Assembly (NCBI GenBank): GCA_001769835.1
Contig: MEPR01000025.1
Span: 5,442 to 69,441 of the forward strand
DNA length: 64,000 bases
Reading direction: 5' to 3'
Source of the DNA: Bdellovibrionales bacterium GWB1_55_8
GTDB taxonomy: Bacteria; Bdellovibrionota; UBA1018
Below the pieces are notes generated by a model. The model worked only from the letters and a program-made list of their open reading frames with translations, ran no database searches and was not told the DNA's origin. The stretch's first letter is position 1. Every line of letters starts with the position of its first letter. A program made the translations under genes and the position numbers. Shown here piece by piece: positions 39,774 through 49,254 of the stretch.

Positions 39774-41563
39774 TGAGAGTGGCGCTGAGAGCCTTCCTTG
39801 TTTTCACGGGGATGGCGGTGGTGGCCGGTTGTTCAAGCGTACGTTCAAAAACAGCGGAGTCGCAGATCGGGTTCGATCCTGCGCGCTGGGATGGAAGTGT
39901 CGAATCGCAGGAGCAGATGCGGGTGAATGCGGTGGTCTCCACGGGAGGCCTCGTCGTCTCGGACGATCGTGAGGCTTCCGAATGGGGCGCCGAAATTCTC
40001 AGGCGGGGCGGCAACGCGGTCGATGCGGCGGTCGCCACGGCTTTTGCGCTGGCTGTGACTCGTCCTCATTTCGCTGCTCTTGGCGGAGGTGGATTTTTCC
40101 TTTACTGTCCAAAGCCGGTTTCGGGAAAGCCGACCTCCTGCGAAGCGATCGATTATCGCGAACGCGCGCCGGCAGCGTCCAAACGAGATATGTACGTCCG
40201 GGATGGCAAGCCGGTCTCTGCGCTATCGCGCGATGGAGCACTTGCGATCGGCGTCCCGGGAGTGCCCGCGGGTTTGCTCCTGGCGCTGCAGCGCCATGGT
40301 TCCATGTCTCGTTCCAAGCTGTTGGATAAGCCCATTCGGCTGGCCAAAGACGGTTATCGTTTCACCAGCCATTCTGAAATGGCGGCTTCGCAACGATGGT
40401 TTGCGTTCAATGATGAGGCAAAGCGAATCTTTGGTTGCGGGCTTGAGAAGGAAATCAAGCCCTGCCCCGTGGGTACACGTATTCAGCAACCTGAGCTCGC
40501 CAAAGTGTTGGAAGAGATTTCCCAAAAAGGGGTGAATGGCTTTTATCAGGGGTGGGTCGCTGACAAGATCGTGGCTGGTTTACGGTCTTCGGGCGGGATC
40601 ATGAGCCTTGAGGATTTGAAGTCTTATCGTCCGGTTCTGAGGACCCCGCTTGAAGGCGATTTCAGAGGAATGAAAGTGGTTACGATGCCGCCGCCATCGG
40701 CCGGTGGTACCATGCTCCTTCAGATGCTGGGTTATGTTGAACGAGCTTCACGCACTGGCCAGCTGTCAGAAGGCTTCGGAGCCGCATCCTCGATTCATGC
40801 ACTCACTCACGCGATGTCGCTCTCGTTCGCCGATCGGGCGAAGTATTTCGGTGATCCCGATCATGTGCGGGTTCCGGTGCAGGCATTGCTCGCGCCGGAT
40901 TATCTGGATCAGCGCTGGCGAACGTTTGACTCTGCCAAAGTAGTGATCCCGGACGCCGCAGGTGAGGTGCCGCGCGAGGGGATGCACACCACTCATTTCG
41001 CTGTCATCGATCGGGACGGGAACGCGGTCTCGGTGACGACAACCGTGAATGAACATTTCGGGAGCGGCTTTGTTCCGAAGGGGACAGGCGTCGTCATGAA
41101 TGATGAAATGGATGATTTCAGCTCGCAGCCTGGCGTGCCTAACCTCTTCGGGCTTGTTGGCGCGGAAGCCAACGCGATCGCTTCGGGAAAGCGCCCCTTA
41201 AGCTCGATGACCCCGGTGATCGTGCGCGATGTGCAGGGAAATGCCAGGATTCTGCTCGGAGCAGCGGGAGGCCCTCGCATCACCTCGTCGGTTTTTCTGA
41301 CGCTTGTGAACCGGCTTCATTTTGGAATGTCTTTACCCGACGCCATGGGGGCTCCGAGATTTCATCATCAATGGAAGCCCGGAAAGCTTCGCGTGGAACG
41401 CTGGGGCTTTGCTCCCGACGTGCTCAGGAAACTGACCTCGCTCGGTTACGAGCTTGATATCGTTGCGACGAGTGCGCGAATGCAGGGACTTGAAAGATTT
41501 TCAAACGGAAGAAGCTGGGCAGCGCCGGATCGCCGAGGCGAGGGTGCCGGCGCTGCTGAGTAG
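39773..41563 (+). CDS. ggt: Gamma-glutamyltransferase (lipoprotein signal)
   Basis: GGNAVDAAVA, PGVPAGL, HTTHF nucleophile Thr, NDEMDDF, KRPLSSM, GAAGGPRI; TGATG overlap with scoB. Confidence 0.95.
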   Translation: MRVALRAFLVFTGMAVVAGCSSVRSKTAESQIGFDPARWDGSVESQEQMRVNAVVSTGGLVVSDDREASEWGAEILRRGGNAVDAAVATAFALAVTRPHFAALGGGGFFLYCPKPVSGKPTSCEAIDYRERAPAASKRDMYVRDGKPVSALSRDGALAIGVPGVPAGLLLALQRHGSMSRSKLLDKPIRLAKDGYRFTSHSEMAASQRWFAFNDEAKRIFGCGLEKEIKPCPVGTRIQQPELAKVLEEISQKGVNGFYQGWVADKIVAGLRSSGGIMSLEDLKSYRPVLRTPLEGDFRGMKVVTMPPPSAGGTMLLQMLGYVERASRTGQLSEGFGAASSIHALTHAMSLSFADRAKYFGDPDHVRVPVQALLAPDYLDQRWRTFDSAKVVIPDAAGEVPREGMHTTHFAVIDRDGNAVSVTTTVNEHFGSGFVPKGTGVVMNDEMDDFSSQPGVPNLFGLVGAEANAIASGKRPLSSMTPVIVRDVQGNARILLGAAGGPRITSSVFLTLVNRLHFGMSLPDAMGAPRFHHQWKPGKLRVERWGFAPDVLRKLTSLGYELDIVATSARMQGLERFSNGRSWAAPDRRGEGAGAAE

Positions 41564-41712
41564 CGTACAGTTCGCGGACATTCACTGACAGGAACTTCAT
41601 GTGTCTCCATTGACCCGGGGGTAAGTTGTGAAACCCGGCCAATTTGATTCTTCTCTGCATATCCCCCATAATGAAGAATATTGCGAAGCGTGATGAACGT
41701 TTTGGGGGATTT

Positions 41713-42387
41713 ATGAGCAAAGTGACTTTGGGTTTCAGGGGCGTTTCTCTGCTTGCCGCGACTGCCGGTATGTTTCTGAGCGCGGACCTGCTTGCGGCCC
41801 AGTTTCGCTCCGGGTCCCTTGAGGATGTTTATCAGGATCAGATCCTTCAGTCCTCCTCCGAGGGGGAGCTTTTGAAAGCGGCAGCAAAGGTTGCGAGCGC
41901 TCCGATTGATTCCGGACACGCCTATCAACTTCTGGAAAGCGTCCTTCGTTCCAGTCATGCGTCGACGGACACGACTGATTACCTGAAAAGGGTATGTGAT
42001 TGGTCCGACAAAAGCCCTAAGTCCGCCGCTCTCAAGAAGAAGTCCGATCGTGAACGACTCCGGGCTCTCGTGACTTACGCCGAGCTTTCTCCGAAAGACC
42101 AGTGGGCCAGCTGTCAGAAAACGCGTGAATACCAGGAATCAAAGGTCTTCAAGACGTTGGTCCATGATTGGCTGATGGTGCTCGATACGTCGCAAGGCAA
42201 GCCCGATATGGACGGGATCCGGTTTTATCGCAGCGCCGGGGCAGCTAATCTCTCGCCCGGAGAAATAAGCGCCAAGATCGCCGACTGCGAAAAAATATTC
42301 TGGGCGAACGGTAATTTCAAACCGGTCACCTCGGAAAGAGGCGTGCTCCTAGAACTTCACAAGAAGAAGGCCGGCAGAGCTGATTAA
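41713..42387 (+). CDS. Secreted hypothetical protein
   Basis: Signal-peptide-like N-terminus, RBS GGGGA, helical body. Confidence 0.65.
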   Translation: MSKVTLGFRGVSLLAATAGMFLSADLLAAQFRSGSLEDVYQDQILQSSSEGELLKAAAKVASAPIDSGHAYQLLESVLRSSHASTDTTDYLKRVCDWSDKSPKSAALKKKSDRERLRALVTYAELSPKDQWASCQKTREYQESKVFKTLVHDWLMVLDTSQGKPDMDGIRFYRSAGAANLSPGEISAKIADCEKIFWANGNFKPVTSERGVLLELHKKKAGRAD

Positions 42388-42421
42388 TCAGGTCAGGGGC
42401 ATTCGCGGTATACCGTTGAAA

Positions 42422-43621
42422 TCACCTGGGGGTCACCGCGTCCACGGCGCCGACGGGTTTGAACGTGACCGTTGCGCGGTCATCGCCGACCAGCTTCGCT
42501 GAGCCGTGCAGTTCGATGGCGTACCCCGAGGCGCGGTTCATTTCGGAAGGCCAGTCAATCGTGGCTGCATTGTCCACCCAGCCCGCATACGTCCAGCCGT
42601 TTTCGGTGTCCTGCGGGATGATGGAAGACTGGTTCAGATCGCCATTGGCGTATTTCGTGACGACGACCGTGTCCATGTTCGGCTCCCGTTCAATGAACAG
42701 GTAACGCGTGCGGAACTGGATCTGCGTGTTGGTCAGGTGATTGTCGAGCGATGCCAGAATGCTGCTGACCGGCTGTGAGCAAACATCGTAAGTTTCTCCG
42801 CCCAGGGCGGTTGCCATTTCCATGTAACGATTGCCCACATAGGCATCGCGTCCGAAGCATTGCAGACTCGGGGAAACCGCAGAGTAGAAGCGAACCATTC
42901 CGGGATTCCCGGGTTTCAGATTGAGTAATGCGCCTTTGTAATTGGCAAAACTCGATTCTTTGCTTCCAGCGCAGGCCACCATGTAGCCATCACCCCGGTT
43001 GCAATACTGAATGCCTGAGGTGTCTTCGCCATTTCCGACGGCGAGCACCACCAGCATGGCATCAGGTCTGAGAAAGCCGCCTTCTCGAGCAGCAGCGCCA
43101 TAAAGAGTGGAATAGATATTCTGGAGGCCAGGTTCCGATCCGTTCGTGGAGCTCGAAAGGTCGTCCTTTGACAGAAAACCTGTGTATTGGCTCAGGGGGC
43201 GAAATAGCCAGCTCGCCAGCGTTCCCGCGCCATCCGCGGTAGCGCCAGGATAGGGGGCTATCCAAAGCGATCCGTAATTGGAATCGTGACGAGAGGCCGT
43301 GACCTGGTCGAGTGGGCGGGTTCCCGCCAGCGGAATCGTTGCGAAATGGTAATCCCAGCGTTTTCCCTCAAGGCCGTTCAAGAAGACGGGCATCTGTTCG
43401 GCGATCTTTTCGTAGACTTCCTTCATCGAGCCCGAATCGTCCTGGGCGAGAAGGATGTCGACTTTCGCTGGAACCATGAATGTTCCGGGAGCTTTTTGTT
43501 CCTGGATCGTGTTTGTCACGACGAATGCCTGCTGGCTGCAGCCCGTGAGGGCGCTCGTGACGGCGGCAAGTGCCGCGCCCAGGAGAAGAATACTGCTGGA
43601 TTTGCGAGTATCGGTAATCAT
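42422..43621 (-). CDS. Lipoprotein with VWA/MIDAS domain
   Basis: Lipobox LTGC, VDILLAQDDSGSM (DxSxS), GNGED, Cys-containing loops. Confidence 0.8.
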   Translation of the reverse strand: MITDTRKSSSILLLGAALAAVTSALTGCSQQAFVVTNTIQEQKAPGTFMVPAKVDILLAQDDSGSMKEVYEKIAEQMPVFLNGLEGKRWDYHFATIPLAGTRPLDQVTASRHDSNYGSLWIAPYPGATADGAGTLASWLFRPLSQYTGFLSKDDLSSSTNGSEPGLQNIYSTLYGAAAREGGFLRPDAMLVVLAVGNGEDTSGIQYCNRGDGYMVACAGSKESSFANYKGALLNLKPGNPGMVRFYSAVSPSLQCFGRDAYVGNRYMEMATALGGETYDVCSQPVSSILASLDNHLTNTQIQFRTRYLFIEREPNMDTVVVTKYANGDLNQSSIIPQDTENGWTYAGWVDNAATIDWPSEMNRASGYAIELHGSAKLVGDDRATVTFKPVGAVDAVTPR

Positions 43622-43691
43622 ATGGGGCTCTCTCTCTATTGGCTCTCTCAAATGCGCCCACCTGGCGCACTCATCCGCTTAAGCTCAATAA

Positions 43692-43707
43692 AGCAAGGGG
43701 GGTGCCA
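43692..43707 (-). promoter_or_regulatory. Sigma54 (-24/-12) promoter upstream of the VWA lipoprotein gene
   Basis: Minus strand TGGCAC-CCCCC-TTGCT, a perfect consensus match with correct spacing, about 70 nt upstream of the ATG. Confidence 0.75.
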
Positions 43708-43895
43708 GGATCGATTGTCTCTTTGGTTTAGTAAAAAGGCTTTAGTTATCAGTGTTTACGTACTGCTTCTGGTTCAGATGCTGATGAGTTTTTCAGGGAA
43801 TTCACCGACTCGCTCTGACGGCTGTCGAGTTTTTCGACACTTTTCGGAGGCCGGCTATGGGAGACAAAGGTGAAATAGTTTGAGACAATTCATAA

Positions 43896-45449
43896 ATGAA
43901 GCGGGGCAAGAGCCTTCTTGTCAGTTTAATTTTCGCCCTTTCCAGGCCGCTGTCTGCAGAGGCAGCTCCTCTTGCTTTCATCGTGCAAGGCGGAACCAAC
44001 GCTATCAACAATAACTGCTATCTCTATACAGTCGGCCAAAAGGCTTGGGATCTTTTTCCCGACTGGGAGAGACATTACTTTGTAGCGGATGGTTCGGACG
44101 CGAAGGGTCCACCCAATGCGATCGCATGCGACTCAAGGGGCTTCACGCTTCTTGAATCCAACGGCGCTCCGGCGCTTACGCGGAGAATTCCCTCTTTGCC
44201 CGTCGATGGTCCAGCGCGCTTCACCGCTATCGAGAAGAAACTCAAAGCTGAAATTCCAAAAACGAACCCCGGGGATCCGGTTCTGCTCTATTTCGCCGGG
44301 CATGGAAGTTACCATGAGGGTCCGGGGGCCAAATTCGAGCTTTGGGGCGCCGAGCGGATCGACGTCAAACGTCTCAGGCGTTTGATGAGCCAGGTCCCCA
44401 AGGACCGGAAAGTGATCATCATCCCTGACCAGTGCAAGGGCGGCGGAATGCTCGAGGCGATTTTCGATGCAAAGGGCCGTCCTCGGCCCAACAGTTGCGG
44501 ATTTTCCGCCACGCAATTTGATGAAAAAGCATGGACCCGTGAGTTCATGATGGACGCAGTTCACAACCGGATATCGATGGCGGGCCGAAATGCCGCGGAT
44601 AACCCAGGGGCGGTTTCCTTCGGTGACATCTATCGCACGCTTGATGACCAGAATTTCTCGAGGTCAACTCCGCTCTCCTCGAGTGAACTGTTTCTCCAGA
44701 AGCACATGGCGAAAAAGCTGAAGGCGCAGGCATTTTCACCTGACTGCGAAGAATGCAGGCGGAGCGCAGCCAACGCATCCTCGAACACAGGACACATCCT
44801 CCGTCTCAGTCTACAGCTGCAGGAGCTTGAGGCGAAAATGCCTCGTATATGTGCAAAAGCGGGTATTTCGTCGTCGTGTTCCACTGCGTTGCTGGCAGAA
44901 CGGTTCCAAGCCTATTACCAGCAGCTCCAGGACCTGAATACTCGCGAGATGTCCGTGAAAGAAGTGCTCGCCCAGGCAAAGGTTGCGTTTGTTCAGTACC
45001 AGATGGGGGCCAGGTATTCGCGTTATCAGGAACTGAAATCGCAGATTGAAGCGCAGAACAGAGTGCTCGGCAAGGTACGCAAGGGCCCGAGGCGAGACCA
45101 GGAACTCGCCGTCTACAGGCAGCTTGTAGCTGAGTATCAACCGCTGAACATAGAGGCCTGGGAGCGCGGCCAGAAGGCGACGTTTGGAAACAAGGCCTTC
45201 GAGAGTTTTGTGGGTGGCGCTGCCGCAAGTAAGGGTTTGTCGGGGAATCTGGATTTACAAATCAAGTCCATGTCGCGGGCCAGAACGGAGCACCTGGAGA
45301 ACCTTCCGCCGCTCAGAAAGGCGGATTTGGGCCTGAAAAAAATCGAGGCGTTGCGCACGTTGCTGGACAGCGGCGATGACCAGGCGATTCAGGACTATCT
45401 GGGCCTCGTCGATTGCGAAGCCACAGCTATTCGCCGGAGGAACCCGTGA
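43896..45449 (+). CDS. Secreted caspase/legumain-fold (clan CD) peptidase-like protein with coiled-coil C-terminus
   Basis: Signal peptide; VLLYFAGHG (His-Gly) and IIIPDQCKGGG (Cys) after hydrophobic strands; FSAT, P..SSE motifs. Confidence 0.7.
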   Translation: MKRGKSLLVSLIFALSRPLSAEAAPLAFIVQGGTNAINNNCYLYTVGQKAWDLFPDWERHYFVADGSDAKGPPNAIACDSRGFTLLESNGAPALTRRIPSLPVDGPARFTAIEKKLKAEIPKTNPGDPVLLYFAGHGSYHEGPGAKFELWGAERIDVKRLRRLMSQVPKDRKVIIIPDQCKGGGMLEAIFDAKGRPRPNSCGFSATQFDEKAWTREFMMDAVHNRISMAGRNAADNPGAVSFGDIYRTLDDQNFSRSTPLSSSELFLQKHMAKKLKAQAFSPDCEECRRSAANASSNTGHILRLSLQLQELEAKMPRICAKAGISSSCSTALLAERFQAYYQQLQDLNTREMSVKEVLAQAKVAFVQYQMGARYSRYQELKSQIEAQNRVLGKVRKGPRRDQELAVYRQLVAEYQPLNIEAWERGQKATFGNKAFESFVGGAAASKGLSGNLDLQIKSMSRARTEHLENLPPLRKADLGLKKIEALRTLLDSGDDQAIQDYLGLVDCEATAIRRRNP

Positions 45450-45871
45450 AAATGATGTTCAGGACCGCACTGTTTTTTTCGGTTTGCGCCTGGGTGTCCG
45501 TTCCAGGGCGGGCTGCGTTAGCGGCTTCGCAATCGGGACGGGTTCCGTTCAACGAACTGGGATCCTATGAGGTCACAGGTTTGCTCAAGACCGAACGAGG
45601 AGCGTTGGTTTCAATCCTGGAGATCCATGCAGGGAGCAATGATCAGCAATTCGTCATCCTCGAAGCGCTCAAAGCGGAAGACGCAATCGGCTACGACAAG
45701 ATGTCCGTGAAGCTCGAGATCGAAGTTTGTCGGTTGGCCACTTCGGATTCTCATGCGCGTGCCCGGGTTCTGAAGAAACCTTCAGCCGCCGTGGACGTTC
45801 CCCCGGGAAAAGAGGCCGTCAAACGGATTCCGACTTCCGGTAAAGAGAAGAGAGAGCCCTGTTCGGAGTGA
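45446..45871 (+). CDS. Small secreted hypothetical protein
   Basis: GGAGG RBS then GTG overlapping the upstream stop (GTGA); signal peptide ending AALA. Confidence 0.65.
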   Translation: MKMMFRTALFFSVCAWVSVPGRAALAASQSGRVPFNELGSYEVTGLLKTERGALVSILEIHAGSNDQQFVILEALKAEDAIGYDKMSVKLEIEVCRLATSDSHARARVLKKPSAAVDVPPGKEAVKRIPTSGKEKREPCSE

Positions 45872-45955
45872 TGATGCTCCGCGTCTAGTCGGCGATGCCG
45901 ACTGATTGCTGCTGAATCCGTTTGCTCAGCGGCCTTCTTTCATTAGACTGGAATA

Positions 45956-46804
45956 ATGGAAAACACCTCCGACGTATTGTTCAAGGACGATGTCCCACAA
46001 TGGTATATCGCGGAAGGCGAGAAATGGGTGGGGCCGCTGACGGCGGCGGATGTTTACCAAAAAGTGGTGAGTCAGGAAATCTCCTGGGCACATTACGTCT
46101 GGAAACCCGGCCAACCGGAATGGAAGCGCATCTGCGATCTGAAAACGTTTCAGGGTGCGGTGCCCTCGATCCCGAAAAAGGCCGTGTTGCAGGAAGTGAA
46201 AGAGGCGGCGAAGCCCGCCGTTCGCCAGACGACCCGGCGCGCAGCTCCTACACCTGCCGCGCCCTCTAAGCCACTTGGAGCATCCGATAAAATCTGGTTT
46301 CTCTACTACAACCAGGCCCAGTTCGGACCGTTTTCGGCGGACGAAATCACACGCTCCCTGAAATCCGGAAAAATTCACAAAAAAGTTTTTGGCTGGCGAG
46401 ATGGAATGCCGAACTGGCTTCGTCTCGAGGAGATCGCGGAGTACAAGAATATTTCTGCTCCCCCCGGCAAGCCTGCCGCGCGCTCGGAGCAGCGAAGCGC
46501 GCCCCGGCGGCCGCTGGTGGCCAAAATTGTCATGGCAGATGATTCCGCGATTCACGTCGCGATGTGCCGCGATATCAGTATCGGCGGCATGCAGGTGCTG
46601 ACCGACAAGGTGCCTGGAAAAGTTGGAAAAAAAATCCGGATGAACGTGAGCTCGACCGGTGGCGAGTTGCCGCCTTTTGTTGCGGAAGGGCAGATTGTCC
46701 GCGTACTCGAGGATCAGCGAGGATTCAGCTTCCGGTTTGACCGACTCTCCGAAGATGCAAGAAAAACCATTGAAGCCTACATCAGAGCCGAAGAATCCAG
46801 CTGA
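45956..46804 (+). CDS. Tandem GYF_2 (DUF4339) domains + PilZ domain protein
   Basis: Two W-Y/F...GP(L/F)...W..G...W modules; PilZ RxxxR (RSAPR) and DxSxxG (DISIGG). Confidence 0.88.
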   Translation: MENTSDVLFKDDVPQWYIAEGEKWVGPLTAADVYQKVVSQEISWAHYVWKPGQPEWKRICDLKTFQGAVPSIPKKAVLQEVKEAAKPAVRQTTRRAAPTPAAPSKPLGASDKIWFLYYNQAQFGPFSADEITRSLKSGKIHKKVFGWRDGMPNWLRLEEIAEYKNISAPPGKPAARSEQRSAPRRPLVAKIVMADDSAIHVAMCRDISIGGMQVLTDKVPGKVGKKIRMNVSSTGGELPPFVAEGQIVRVLEDQRGFSFRFDRLSEDARKTIEAYIRAEESS

Positions 46805-47762
46805 CCCGAGCGGCGGGCGCAGCATCTATCAGGGCGTTCTTCAGCCGACCGGGTTCCCTGGTCTGCCAAGCGGGTGGGTCTCGCAGTGGGAGACGTTTGC
46901 CGCCACCGGGCCCAGTCCTCTCCAGCTTTTTGCCGTCACGCACCATCCGTCGAACTGGTCAGCGCATCCTGCTCCCTATCGGGTTCTGCTCGTGTTTCAC
47001 GGACTCGGGGAACATGGAGGGCGCTACCTGCATCTGCCGCATTATCTGCAAGACGCGGTCAGCGCTGTTCAGTGCGTCGATTTCCGGGGTCATGGGCGCT
47101 CCGAAGGACTTCGGGGAGACATCAAGCGATTTGATGACTTCGTTGATGATCTGATTTTATCCGTTCATCGGATGGATGAGCAGCTCAAGCGGCGGTTCGG
47201 ACGCTCTGAGATTCACGTTTTCGGGCATAGCATGGGTGCACTCGTGGCGCTTCGCGCTTTCTTTCAGGACCCGGGAATTCCCGTGGCGTCGGCCACGCTT
47301 TCCTCGCCTCTGCTTGGAATCCGGGTGAAGGTTCCGCCGGTGAAGAGAGGGGCTGCGTTTCTTCTTTCGAAGGTCTGGGGTTCGCTCCACCTGATTTCGG
47401 AACTGAACCCCGAAGAGCTTTCTCACGATCGCGCCGTGTCCGAAGCTTATGTCGCTGACCGCCTGGTTCATCGGAAGGTCACTTCTCGTTTCTATTTCGA
47501 GCTCCTGTCCGCGGTTCAGAAAACCGCGCAGATGGCGAGAAAGAGGGCTAAAACAGCTGTTCCTTTGCAGTTCCTGGCGCCACTTGAGGACCGGATCGTG
47601 GATTCGGACACGGTCATTCGATTTTATCATCAGCTGAAACACAAGATCAAAGAGCTGAGAACGTACGATGGTTTTTTTCACGAGTCCGTGAACGAAATGG
47701 GGAAGGAAGCAGCCCTGGAGGATATCAAGAAATGGATTTTGAAAAACGCCGCGCCGAGCTGA
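46755..47762 (+). CDS. Lysophospholipase-type alpha/beta hydrolase
   Basis: HGLGEHGGRY, DFRGHGRSEG, GHSMG nucleophile, D and HE triad residues. Confidence 0.92.
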   Translation: MQEKPLKPTSEPKNPADPSGGRSIYQGVLQPTGFPGLPSGWVSQWETFAATGPSPLQLFAVTHHPSNWSAHPAPYRVLLVFHGLGEHGGRYLHLPHYLQDAVSAVQCVDFRGHGRSEGLRGDIKRFDDFVDDLILSVHRMDEQLKRRFGRSEIHVFGHSMGALVALRAFFQDPGIPVASATLSSPLLGIRVKVPPVKRGAAFLLSKVWGSLHLISELNPEELSHDRAVSEAYVADRLVHRKVTSRFYFELLSAVQKTAQMARKRAKTAVPLQFLAPLEDRIVDSDTVIRFYHQLKHKIKELRTYDGFFHESVNEMGKEAALEDIKKWILKNAAPS

Positions 47763-48295
47763 TCGCGTTGATCCGGAAGCTGAGCTATCGCGAAGGTGAC
47801 TTCACTCTCGCTTCGGGACAGAAGAGCAGCTTTTACATCGATCTCAAAGCGACGACTCTTCATCCGCTTGGAGCAAAGTTGATTGGAGAGCTGGCGGTGG
47901 AGCTCCTCAAGCGTGAGGGAACCGTGATCGATGCGGTGGGAGGTCTGACACTCGGAGCGGATCCTCTTGCGACCGCGATTTCCCTGGGTGCCTTCGACCG
48001 AGGAATTTCCTGGCCTGCTTTGATCGTGCGGAAAGAACCCAAGGGGCATGGTACCTCGCGTTTCGTTGAAGGAATGGAAAATGTCGGGGCAGGGGCCCAT
48101 GTTCTTGTGCTCGAGGACGTGACGACGACCGGAGGCTCTGCCGTGAAGGCAGCGGAACGGCTTCGCGAGGCAGGACTTCTTGCCACTACCGCGTTGACCG
48201 TGGTGGACCGCGAACAGGGCGGCGCGAAAGCGCTTTTGGAATCCGGGGTGAAACTCCTGCGTCTCGCAACCATCGCCGAGATCCGGACCGCATGA
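47732..48295 (+). CDS. pyrE: Orotate phosphoribosyltransferase
   Basis: FTLASGQKSSFYID, VRKEPKGHG, VLEDVTTTGGS PRPP loop. Confidence 0.96.
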   Translation: MDFEKRRAELIALIRKLSYREGDFTLASGQKSSFYIDLKATTLHPLGAKLIGELAVELLKREGTVIDAVGGLTLGADPLATAISLGAFDRGISWPALIVRKEPKGHGTSRFVEGMENVGAGAHVLVLEDVTTTGGSAVKAAERLREAGLLATTALTVVDREQGGAKALLESGVKLLRLATIAEIRTA

Positions 48296-49245
48296 CTCTT
48301 GCCGGCCCGAAAAAAATTTCCAGGGACCCGCGAACCGAGGCTACTGCTCATGGCAGAAAAGCCGTGATGATCGGAATGGGGGGGCTCGGCATTGCCGCAT
48401 TGCTCGGGTTCATCTCAACAAAGGTGGAAGCGGAGGACGGGCGCCTCTTCGCGAGCCTTTTTGCATTGTTCTGGCTGTTTGCGGCTGTCAGCTTCCTGAA
48501 AAAGGGCAGGGCGGATATCGCGGAAGCGGCAAGGATCGACCGCCGGAAAAATATGGCGCCGGATCAACCCTGGTATTGGGATTATCGGTGGGATTCTGGA
48601 GGATTATCCGAAGGTGTCGCACAATCACTGAAGGGTATGACCAGAAAGCTCGCTGTTCTCAGTGTCGTTTTCGGTTCATTCAGCTGGTTCGTTTTCTATT
48701 CAAGCCGGATGGAAAATGCTCCAGACCTTTTTCGAATGATCACAGTTGGGATCGACCTGGTTTTAATCGGTTTTTGGTGCCACTTGGGATACCGGACCTT
48801 ACGCTATTTCAAATACGGGGATTCACGGCTCAATTTTGAAACATTTCCGTTTTTTCTGGACGAAATCCTGCGAGTAAGCCTGGTTCTTCCACGCGCAATG
48901 CAGGCGAGTCAACTCGAGATACGTCTGCTTGCGATCGAGGAGCGCTATGAATGGCGCAACGTGAATGGCAAGCGCAAGGTCGTCGTGGAGTGTTACCAGC
49001 ATTATGAGCATGCGCAAAAGGTCGCCGTTGAAGCGGGGGCTGTCGAACTTCCGATTGAACTTCCTTTGCCTGCTGCGCCTGAAACGCGGTTGAGCCTTGT
49101 TCCTCCTTTTTACTGGGTTCTTGCGGTTTCAGCGGAAACCCCTGGGATTGACTATTCAGCTGAGTTTCTGCTCCCGATCTATGGAAAAAACAATATTGAT
49201 CGGCAGTGGCGCACGAGCGCGTCTCTGGATAAACTGAACCTATAA
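48292..49245 (+). CDS. Hypothetical inner-membrane protein
   Basis: Four TM segments plus a soluble beta-rich C-terminus; coupled to pyrE (ATGA overlap). Confidence 0.7.
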   Translation: MTLAGPKKISRDPRTEATAHGRKAVMIGMGGLGIAALLGFISTKVEAEDGRLFASLFALFWLFAAVSFLKKGRADIAEAARIDRRKNMAPDQPWYWDYRWDSGGLSEGVAQSLKGMTRKLAVLSVVFGSFSWFVFYSSRMENAPDLFRMITVGIDLVLIGFWCHLGYRTLRYFKYGDSRLNFETFPFFLDEILRVSLVLPRAMQASQLEIRLLAIEERYEWRNVNGKRKVVVECYQHYEHAQKVAVEAGAVELPIELPLPAAPETRLSLVPPFYWVLAVSAETPGIDYSAEFLLPIYGKNNIDRQWRTSASLDKLNL

Positions 49246-49254
49246 GGGGAACTT

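Noticed and set aside
39866-39880. GGGTTCGATCC, resembling a tRNA T-loop
   Set aside because: Inside the ggt coding sequence, with no cloverleaf stems around it.
45926-46825. 299-aa minus-strand ORF
   Set aside because: Shadow of the GYF-PilZ gene.
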